A stretch of 64,000 nt of DNA from an uncultured Pseudomonadota bacterium (GTDB taxonomy: Bacteria; Oederibacteriota; Muellerivitia; Muellerivitales; Muellerivitaceae), in assembly GCA_963770835.1 (NCBI GenBank), contig CAVYRH010000026.1, positions 224,001 through 288,000 on the forward strand, read 5' to 3'. The translations under genes were made by a program, and so were the position numbers. Positions 9,463 to 16,514 of the stretch are shown here, piece after piece. Every line of letters begins with the position of its first letter. Within the stretch, counting starts at the first letter, position 1. Below the pieces are notes generated by a model that made no database searches, was not told where the DNA came from, and saw only the letters and a program-made list of their open reading frames with translations.

Positions 9463-9930
9463 ATGAGAAAGCTATCAATCGCAGTGGCAGTGGCACTATC
9501 CGCGGGACCAGCAGGACTGGTTTGGGCTGATGACTTGAACCCCCAGCCCCTGCCGCCAGGGGTCCATTCACAGGGGGACGGCGGCAAATTGACTGCCGGG
9601 GACAAGACCCAGATCACCGGCAACCTGAAGGGCGGGACGGGGGCCGGGAAAAGCCTCCATAAGCAATCCAGTAAAACCTATTTCATTAAGTACAACAAAG
9701 CCACCAACACCTACAGTAAATGGATGAAGGCCAACGGCAAAACCGTTCCTTACACCGTCGGCAGCGCTACGGGCGGCGCGGGATCGGGAAAAGCAAGTCT
9801 CAACAACTCTACCATCAGTGGTAATAGCAAAGGGCTCGCGAAGCCGGAAGCCGTGGATGGTTTTTCGAAACAGAATGGCTTCGATAAGAGCAGTCCGGGC
9901 AACACCAATCTACCGGCGGTTCAAAAATGA
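9463..9930 (+). CDS. Secreted motif-mosaic protein 3
   Basis: Signal peptide VWA-D, DDLNPQPLPP, VGSATGGAGSGKAS, LNNSTISGN, ends LPAVQK. Confidence 0.8.
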   Translation: MRKLSIAVAVALSAGPAGLVWADDLNPQPLPPGVHSQGDGGKLTAGDKTQITGNLKGGTGAGKSLHKQSSKTYFIKYNKATNTYSKWMKANGKTVPYTVGSATGGAGSGKASLNNSTISGNSKGLAKPEAVDGFSKQNGFDKSSPGNTNLPAVQK

Positions 9931-10526
9931 GAAATTTCACGGCGGTGATGGCGGCGATCCTCTTCGCGGGAGCCGCCGCTCTTTGGGCGGACGATTCCGG
10001 CAGTGACCAGGGCCAAGCGGTCAGCCAGGCGGGGGCCGGCGTGACCAACGGCCAAAACCAGGGGGGAAACGGCTTTTCCGCCCCCCTCAAATCCCAGTTC
10101 AATACAGGTGCGGATAACTCCCCCAATCCGGCCAACCCCAACGGCGGCACCGGGTCGGCCGTGCCGAGCGGCCAAATCAATACCAGCCACCAACTGCTTC
10201 AAACCCAAATCCAGGCCGCCAATGGTACCGGAGCCGTCAACCCCGGCATCGTGAATCCCGGGGTCAAGGCCGCTGTCAATCCGGGGCCGCCACAGAATGG
10301 AATTGTAAATCCCGACGTTAAGGTCGGCGTCAATCCCGGACCGACCCAAAAACTCGGTTCCGCGAAGCTTTCCGGAAAGGGTTTGAAGCCCAAGTCCGGG
10401 AAGGGTTCACTGCCTAACGCCAAGGGGTTCTCGAAGGCTGCGGGTTTGAATAACGCCAACGGCCTTTCGAAGAACGTCATCAGCGGAGCCGGGGGAAACA
10501 CCAGCCTGCCGGCGGTCCAAAAATGA
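9927..10526 (+). CDS. Secreted low-complexity protein 4
   Basis: ATGA coupling, signal peptide LWA-D, VNPG repeats, ends LPAVQK. Confidence 0.8.
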   Translation: MRNFTAVMAAILFAGAAALWADDSGSDQGQAVSQAGAGVTNGQNQGGNGFSAPLKSQFNTGADNSPNPANPNGGTGSAVPSGQINTSHQLLQTQIQAANGTGAVNPGIVNPGVKAAVNPGPPQNGIVNPDVKVGVNPGPTQKLGSAKLSGKGLKPKSGKGSLPNAKGFSKAAGLNNANGLSKNVISGAGGNTSLPAVQK

Positions 10527-10559
10527 ACGCGCCTCAACCCAGGTGCGATTGAAGTCCCC

Positions 10560-10587
10560 AAGCCCCGGGAGGTTTCCGGGGGCTTTT
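10560..10587 (+). terminator. Stem-loop with short U-tract between array genes 4 and 5
   Basis: aagccccgggaggtttccgggggctttt: GC stem followed by T run. Confidence 0.5.
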
Positions 10588-10605
10588 GTTCCAGGAGAAT
10601 TCAGG

Positions 10606-11160
10606 ATGAAGAAACGGCTTCATTGGATAACCGCCCTGGTTTTGATGGGCTCACCCGTGTTTTTGTGGGCCGGCGTCCCCGATAACGGGGTTCCGGGCAA
10701 TGGTGTGCCGGAAAATGGAGTTAACTCGAACGGTGTCAACACGAACGGGCTTCCAAACAATGGAGTTCCCAATAATGGTGTTCCGGAAAATGGGGTTTCC
10801 AACGACAACGGCGGAGCGGGCGGGCCGATTACGGCTTCGGGCAATGTGAATCTTACCGCCTCAACATCGAGCTCCAATAAAGGCGAGGGTTCCAAGGAAG
10901 ACGGCGGAGGGGGCACTGGGGGCGGCAAAAAGGGAAAAAAGGGAAAACTGGTGGGAGTATCCAAATACAACAACGTCAAGCTCAACCGGGGAGTGGCGGC
11001 GAACAAGGGATTGGCGAATTGGGGCAATGGCAATTCCGGGGGCGTCACAGGCAAGGCATCCCTTACGGATAAAAACCCGATGATGGGCGCGAACGGATTC
11101 CAGAAAAACGGGACGGGTGGCCCCGGCGGAACCAACAACCTGCCGCCCGGACAGAAGTAA
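10606..11160 (+). CDS. Secreted motif-mosaic protein 5 (NG pentapeptide repeats, tail-tube-like peptide)
   Basis: SD aggag, signal peptide LWA-G, (GVPxN)n repeats, GVSKYNNVKLNRGVAANKGLANW, ends LPPGQK. Confidence 0.8.
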   Translation: MKKRLHWITALVLMGSPVFLWAGVPDNGVPGNGVPENGVNSNGVNTNGLPNNGVPNNGVPENGVSNDNGGAGGPITASGNVNLTASTSSSNKGEGSKEDGGGGTGGGKKGKKGKLVGVSKYNNVKLNRGVAANKGLANWGNGNSGGVTGKASLTDKNPMMGANGFQKNGTGGPGGTNNLPPGQK

Positions 11161-11186
11161 TCCCGATTGAAAGTGGAGGAAACATC

Positions 11187-11831
11187 ATGCTGAAATTATT
11201 GAAAATCACCGCGGCATTGGCCGTCCTTGGGGCTCCGGGCCTCCCCTTGGCGCAGACGCCGGTAAACGGCGCCCAGCCCCCGGTCGACACGGACCAGCAG
11301 GGCATCACTGGCACGGGCTCCCTTCCCAAGATGAAGCAAGCCGGAGGCGCCTCAGCGTCGGCCCCTGTCTATAACCAGAATCAACCGGGGAGCACGGCCC
11401 CGCAGGGTTTCGTTGGCACGGAAGGGGGCGCCTTGCCCAAGATGAAGCAGGCCGGAAGCGCGTCGGCGTCGGCTCCTGTCTATAACCAGAATCAACCGGG
11501 TGAGACGGTCCCGCAGGGCTTCGTCGGCACGGAAGGTGGCGCCCTTCCCAAGATGAAGCAGGCTGGAAGCGCCTCGGCTTCGGCGCCGGTCTATAACCAG
11601 AATCACCTGGGGAGCACGGTCCAAAAAACGACTTTCTCGGGAACGATCAAAAAAGGCAAATCCAAAGGCAGTCTTACAACAAAAGGCAGCAATTTAAAGA
11701 TGACGAAGTCCCTCCCCAGCATGAAGCAGGCCGGAAGCGCCTCGGCCACCGCGCCGGTTTACAACCAGAACCATTTTGGGGGGACGGCTCCCCGCCCGGT
11801 TCTCGGTAATTTACCGCCGAATTCGAAATAA
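11187..11831 (+). CDS. Secreted repeat protein 6 (37-aa repeats)
   Basis: SD ggagga, signal peptide PLA-Q, LPKMKQAGSASASAPVYNQN repeated at 111-nt period, ends LPPNSK. Confidence 0.8.
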   Translation: MLKLLKITAALAVLGAPGLPLAQTPVNGAQPPVDTDQQGITGTGSLPKMKQAGGASASAPVYNQNQPGSTAPQGFVGTEGGALPKMKQAGSASASAPVYNQNQPGETVPQGFVGTEGGALPKMKQAGSASASAPVYNQNHLGSTVQKTTFSGTIKKGKSKGSLTTKGSNLKMTKSLPSMKQAGSASATAPVYNQNHFGGTAPRPVLGNLPPNSK

Positions 11832-11839
11832 ACTCGGTT

Positions 11840-11984
11840 TGTAACCTCTGAAAAAGGGTTTTGTAGGGGCGGCCCTCTGTGGCCGCCCGGCATAAAACCG
11901 TTAAAAACAAAGGCTGGGCGATCGCGGAGGATCGCCCCTACAACGGCTAAACCACACATCGAATCAAGTTTTTCAGAGGTTACA
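11840..11984. mobile_element. REPIN/MITE-like non-autonomous element (inverted GTAG-type REP pair inside 16-bp terminal inverted repeats)
   Basis: Perfect outer IR tgtaacctctgaaaaa (11840-11855) / tttttcagaggttaca (11969-11984). Inner REPs at 11861-11888 and 11916-11943. Confidence 0.75.
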
Positions 11985-12014
11985 GTTTAAGAATAATTAC
12001 CAAAAGGAGAGGTT

Positions 12015-12728
12015 ATGAAAAAGATCTTGGGAATAGCAGTGAGCCTGGCCTTGCTGGGCCCGGCCGGAATGGTTTGGGCCGACCAGCCCGCGGGGGCTCC
12101 GAACCTCAACAACAACACGATGACCGGCATGGACAAGATGAAGATGCCCAAAGACCCCACCTCAGGCGCTGGCGGCAATGGAAAAGGTTCCAGCATACCA
12201 AAAACCTCGGGCGCGGGCGGCAACGGAAAAGGTTCCGGTAATAAGGATACCGGTTCCGCAACGGATGCCAAAAAAGGGAAGAAGGGCGGAATCCAGGATA
12301 CGGTTTCCGCGGCGGATGGCAAAAAAGGGAAGAAGGGTGGAATCCAGGATACGGTTTCCGCGGCGCATCCCCAAAAAGGGAAGGGCTCCAAGGGGAAAGG
12401 TAAGAATGGAAATACCTTGGTGGCCAATTCCAACGGCCGTGGGGTAACGACAGGGGGCACCAATCCGGCCGGCGGGCCGACAACCACCGGCAGCAATCCC
12501 ACCGGCGGCAATCCCAACAATCCGAACAACCCCAATAACCCGAATAATCCGAACAATCCTACCGGAGGCAACCCGGCTGGGGGTCCGACGACCAACGGGA
12601 GCAACCCTCCTGGCACCAATCCAAATAATCCCAACAACCCAAATAACCCCACGGGAGGCAATCCGAACAACCCGGCCGGGGGCCCTGCCACTGGAGGCGG
12701 TAACGTACCGGGTACCGCGGCGCATTAA
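12015..12728 (+). CDS. Secreted low-complexity protein 7 (Asn-Pro repeats)
   Basis: SD aggagagg, signal peptide VWA-D, duplicated KKGKKGGIQDTVSAA (51-nt period), (NPN)n tracts. Confidence 0.8.
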   Translation: MKKILGIAVSLALLGPAGMVWADQPAGAPNLNNNTMTGMDKMKMPKDPTSGAGGNGKGSSIPKTSGAGGNGKGSGNKDTGSATDAKKGKKGGIQDTVSAADGKKGKKGGIQDTVSAAHPQKGKGSKGKGKNGNTLVANSNGRGVTTGGTNPAGGPTTTGSNPTGGNPNNPNNPNNPNNPNNPTGGNPAGGPTTNGSNPPGTNPNNPNNPNNPTGGNPNNPAGGPATGGGNVPGTAAH

Positions 12729-12743
12729 ACCACCGCGGTTTTG

Positions 12744-15422
12744 TCAAAGACCGGCGGCCTTTTGCCGCAGGCCTGTTGCGAAATCCCTTCCCCAATAATC
12801 CTTCACATCCGAGGAAACCCTCAGGAGCAACCTTCTGAGGGTTTCTTTCGTTTCAGCATCCACGTAGTCCGTGGGGTCGGGCTGGAAGCCGCGGATGGCC
12901 AGCATGTTGGAAACATAGCAGTCCCCGTCGTAAAGATGCAGGGGCGCGGAATATTCGATGAGCCCATTGTCGTCGGTATCCAGGGGAGCGTCGGCGCAAA
13001 AATCCTTCACCTCCCGCGGACCCATCCTCAGCATGGAAACCAAATCCCCGGCCTGCTCCACCGATATGCGGCCCAGGGCTTGTTTCAGCGGGCCGGATTG
13101 GATGGCTTTTTCCATGTAGGGAATGTTGGGTTTCAAGGGGGCTTCCGAACCCAGCAGTACCAGGTCGGGCACGGGCTGAAGGCTGTCGGGCGGAGGCGGC
13201 ACACCAAAAACATAGACATAAGGGAAAACCGAGCTGAAGGTTCGGCAGATGGCCCTCACGTCGTCGTTCTTCATCCCGTAAATCTGCACCCACTGGCCAT
13301 AGACCCCGCCCGGGGCCAAGGCCCTTTTCCCGATCTCAAAACATTCCCTGGAGAAAAGGTTGGAAACGCCCGAGAGCCAGGGGTTGCTGGGCTCGCAGAT
13401 GACCACGTCGTATTTCCCTGGGGCGAGGCGCAGGTAATGGCGGGCGTCGTCCGGGATGAAATGGAACCGGGGGTCGGTGAGGATGTGGAAGTTGAAATCC
13501 CTGAAGAACGCGGTGGCCTGGGGCATGAAGGGCTCCAGTTCCACCACGTCCAGGCTTTGGGGGTTGTGCGTGAGCACGGTTCCGGCGGTGATGCCGCTGG
13601 CCAAGCCGATCACCGCCACCCTTTGCGCGGGCCTTTGGAGAGTGCATTCCCGCCAAAGGAGGGGGAGGTGGGACACCAGCTGTTCGGTGGGAAGGTCGCC
13701 CCGGGAGGAAGCCTCCACCTTGCCGTTGTTGGAAAGGACGATGGTTTTGAACTCCTGTGACTTTTCAACGGTCACGGTGTTGACAAGGCCCTCCCGGTAA
13801 TAAAGAAGCTGGGCCTCAGCCAGGCGCTCGGAGTAGTCGGGGATATAGTCCGAGGCGGAGATGGCCTGGAAAAAGGGGCCGACCGCCAGGTTGTGCCGGT
13901 TCCAGGAGGGAAGGAAGGCCCAAAAAAGCGCGGTTAAGGCCAGCGCCAAGCCGGACGCGGAACCTAGGGCCTTTTTAAAATCCCGGAACCGGGGGACGAG
14001 GGCCAAGAGGCCCGCGGCCAATAGGTTCAAGCCCACCGAGGCCTCCAGGGTTTTTTGCACGCCCACCCATGGGATGAGCACCAGCGAAGCCAGGAGCGAC
14101 CCCAGGATGGCCCCGAGGGTATTGATGCCGTAAACCCGGCCCACCTGGGCGCCGGGGTTTTGGGAAAAAGAAGGGTCCGCCTTCAGCGCCAGGGGAAAAA
14201 CCGCGCCGCAGAGAAAGGCGGTTGGAAAAAGGGCCAGGAAAGCCAGCACAAACTGGACGGCCTTCTGCCACTGGTCCAAGTCCAGGCCGAAGCGGTTGAC
14301 GAGGCCGGCCAGCCCCATGAAGAGAAGCCAGAAGCGGTCGAAGGAATAGACCGTGATTAGGATCACCCCGGCCAGGGCCAATTGCGTGACCGCCAGGACC
14401 GCCAGGGCCTTTTTGCCCGAGGCCTTGGACCGGGAAAAAACGAAGGAGCCCGAGCCCAAACCCGCCAGGAAGGCGGCCAGCATGGCGGAAAAGGCGTAAG
14501 CGGACCCGCCCAGCACCATGCAAAGCACGCGGTTGTACCCCACTTCATCCATCATGGCCGCCGCCCCCGAAAGGCCCGCCACGGCCAGTGCCGCATGTAG
14601 TAATCCACTATAACTTGCCTTGGAAATTTTTTCGTTTGCGGATAGTTTTTGGCGTGTAGGGTTGGATTCTATTTCCCTCGCCCCTTGAGGGAGAGGGTTA
14701 GGGGTTGTGTTGCCTCCCTTCGCCACCCTCACCCCGCCCTCTCCCGTCAAGGGAGAGGGGGAAGAGGAGGAACTCATTCGGCCCAGCGCGGCCCCGGCCC
14801 CCCAGGCCGAAAGTCCCAAAAGGCCGTTGGCCGCGGCGGCCAGGGCGGCGGTTTTCCACTGGCCCACTAAGGGAAGCAGCCAATAGCCGGCGGCAACAGT
14901 GCCGATCAAGGCGCCGGCCGTGTTGACCGCGTAAAGCCGCCCGGCGAAAGAGCTACCGCCCTTTTCCAGCCCCTTCACCAGGTTCGAGAGAAAGGGAAGG
15001 GTGGCCCCCATGCAGGTCGTGGGGACGAGGAGGAGGGCCAGGCAGCCCAGGAACCGGGGGACGATGAAAAGGGAATGGGAAAGGGGCCAATGGGTTTCAA
15101 GGAGTTGAAAGGCCGAATCCACTTGGTGGAAGGAGGACGCCAGGCCGAAGGCGTAGAGGCCGATACCCAACTCCAGCCACCCATAGGCCTTGAGGGGGTT
15201 CTTGAAGCGGCTAGCCCAGCGCCCGCCGAGGCGGCTTCCCAGGAAAAGCCCGCCCATGAAGGCGGCTAGGACCGCCCCCACCGAATAAGTCGTCGCCCCC
15301 AGGATGAGCTCGAACTGGCGGGTCCAGAGCACTTCATAAATAAGGCTGGTGGCGCCGGAAAAAAAGAAGAGGAGGGTGGCGGCCGCGAGGGGCCGGGAAA
15401 AAGGTTCTTTCACGGGGTGCAT
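12744..15422 (-). CDS. Fused MFS-like membrane domain / spermidine synthase-like methyltransferase
   Basis: FFFSGATSLIYEVLWTR, AAFMGGLFLGS, LYAVNTAGA, VIGLASGITA, DVVELEP, YDVVICEPSNPWLSG. Start may be GTG at 15413. Confidence 0.9.
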   Translation of the reverse strand: MHPVKEPFSRPLAAATLLFFFSGATSLIYEVLWTRQFELILGATTYSVGAVLAAFMGGLFLGSRLGGRWASRFKNPLKAYGWLELGIGLYAFGLASSFHQVDSAFQLLETHWPLSHSLFIVPRFLGCLALLLVPTTCMGATLPFLSNLVKGLEKGGSSFAGRLYAVNTAGALIGTVAAGYWLLPLVGQWKTAALAAAANGLLGLSAWGAGAALGRMSSSSSPSPLTGEGGVRVAKGGNTTPNPLPQGAREIESNPTRQKLSANEKISKASYSGLLHAALAVAGLSGAAAMMDEVGYNRVLCMVLGGSAYAFSAMLAAFLAGLGSGSFVFSRSKASGKKALAVLAVTQLALAGVILITVYSFDRFWLLFMGLAGLVNRFGLDLDQWQKAVQFVLAFLALFPTAFLCGAVFPLALKADPSFSQNPGAQVGRVYGINTLGAILGSLLASLVLIPWVGVQKTLEASVGLNLLAAGLLALVPRFRDFKKALGSASGLALALTALFWAFLPSWNRHNLAVGPFFQAISASDYIPDYSERLAEAQLLYYREGLVNTVTVEKSQEFKTIVLSNNGKVEASSRGDLPTEQLVSHLPLLWRECTLQRPAQRVAVIGLASGITAGTVLTHNPQSLDVVELEPFMPQATAFFRDFNFHILTDPRFHFIPDDARHYLRLAPGKYDVVICEPSNPWLSGVSNLFSRECFEIGKRALAPGGVYGQWVQIYGMKNDDVRAICRTFSSVFPYVYVFGVPPPPDSLQPVPDLVLLGSEAPLKPNIPYMEKAIQSGPLKQALGRISVEQAGDLVSMLRMGPREVKDFCADAPLDTDDNGLIEYSAPLHLYDGDCYVSNMLAIRGFQPDPTDYVDAETKETLRRLLLRVSSDVKDYWGRDFATGLRQKAAGL
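14673..14763. repeat. Palindromic element inserted in frame (SPSPLTGEGGVRV...PNPLPQGARE)
   Basis: ttccctcgccccttgagggagagggttagggg and its inverted partner accctcaccccgccctctcccgtcaagggagagggggaa, in the loop between the two membrane halves. Confidence 0.75.
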
Positions 15423-15479
15423 TATACCCGCAGGCGGGGCCGCATCAAAAACCCTCCGTCCCCATCCTTTCCCGCCGTT

Positions 15480-16277
15480 TCAGGCTTGTTTGATAGCCTG
15501 CATCTGGACTTCCAACTCGTCCAGGGTCAAGCCCCCGGGTGTGGTGCCCTTGGAGTTGATCCAGGTGTTGTCCGCCAGGGCATAGACCTCATCCACATAT
15601 TGGGAGAAAAAAGCCCAGGTCATGGTGTAGTACTGGCCCCAGGAAATAACCCGTGCCCCGGAGGCGTCATAGCCGGCCAGAACCACCGCGTGGCCTCCCA
15701 CGATTTCCGTATTGTCATTCTGGACGCCCCATACCGCCGGGGGCTGGGCCGGGGCGGGAGGGACGATATATTGGGGGACGTTGAAGCCGATATAGGCCAC
15801 CCCGCAATCGTTGATCGTGCGCCTGACGTCGTCCAGGTTCCTGGGGTCGACCTCCACGAAGGCCGCCAATGGGTTGCGGGTCTTGCCCTGGGGTCCGGTG
15901 GGCGCCCCGGTTTGGACCAAATAAGTCAGCACGTGCTGTTCGTTTCCGCCCGGCCCCTCCCCGCCTATCCGCGGGTTGTAGCCGCAGGCCTGGATGTAGA
16001 GCTTTTTCACGTCGCTGTCCGGCTCGGTGTCCATGGCGGGCCCGGCGTTGAAGGTCCAGACCTGGATGGCGTGGTAAACGGCCGCGCAAGTGCAATCCCC
16101 CAGGCTGTCGTTGAGCATCATGCCCAGGCTCGACGGCATTCCCTTCGTCCAATCGCAGGAGGTTGGGGGCGGGGCCAAGACCTGGCCGGCGGTGATGGCG
16201 CTCATGTGGGGGATGCGCGGGTCGTAGGTGCGCTGCAACCGCCCTAACCGGAAAGACTTCACTGTTGGATTTGCCAT
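15480..16277 (-). CDS. Putative papain-like cysteine peptidase
   Basis: NDSLGDCTCAA (Cys), GGHAVVLAGYD (His) and VISWG in papain-fold order; SD aggag. Confidence 0.65.
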   Translation of the reverse strand: MANPTVKSFRLGRLQRTYDPRIPHMSAITAGQVLAPPPTSCDWTKGMPSSLGMMLNDSLGDCTCAAVYHAIQVWTFNAGPAMDTEPDSDVKKLYIQACGYNPRIGGEGPGGNEQHVLTYLVQTGAPTGPQGKTRNPLAAFVEVDPRNLDDVRRTINDCGVAYIGFNVPQYIVPPAPAQPPAVWGVQNDNTEIVGGHAVVLAGYDASGARVISWGQYYTMTWAFFSQYVDEVYALADNTWINSKGTTPGGLTLDELEVQMQAIKQA

Positions 16278-16514
16278 AGGATTCTCCTTAAGAGATTTTA
16301 AATGGATAATTTTTTTTGACGGAAGCCAATTTTAATTTGGCCCTGAAAAAAACGAGGTTAAATTGTTGGAAAAACTTTCGCGAAACGCCAAAAATGAGGC
16401 AGTTTCAGGGAATGGACCTGGGGGCTTGTTGTTGATGGATTGACGGATGGAAACGGCCGGGGAACGATTCGCGGGTGGTTTTTTGTCTTGTTTTCGGGGA
16501 GTCTTAGGCTTTTT

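Noticed and set aside
5773..11022. A type VI secretion or prophage tail gene cluster
   Set aside because: Only short Hcp/VgrG/tube-like peptides occur, inside signal-peptide proteins. No full-length structural, baseplate, sheath or ATPase genes are present.
11322..11610. CRISPR-like regularly spaced repeats
   Set aside because: The 111-nt in-frame coding repeats vary at third codon positions, have no unique spacers, and there are no cas genes.
8241..12728. RiPP cluster or diversity-generating retroelement explanation for the array
   Set aside because: No modifying enzymes, peptidase-transporter or reverse transcriptase in the window, and no adenine-specific template/variable repeat pair was seen.
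12741..16247. Long plus-strand ORFs 12741-13760 and 15417-16247
   Set aside because: They lie antisense to well-supported genes, have no motifs, and are expected in GC-rich DNA.
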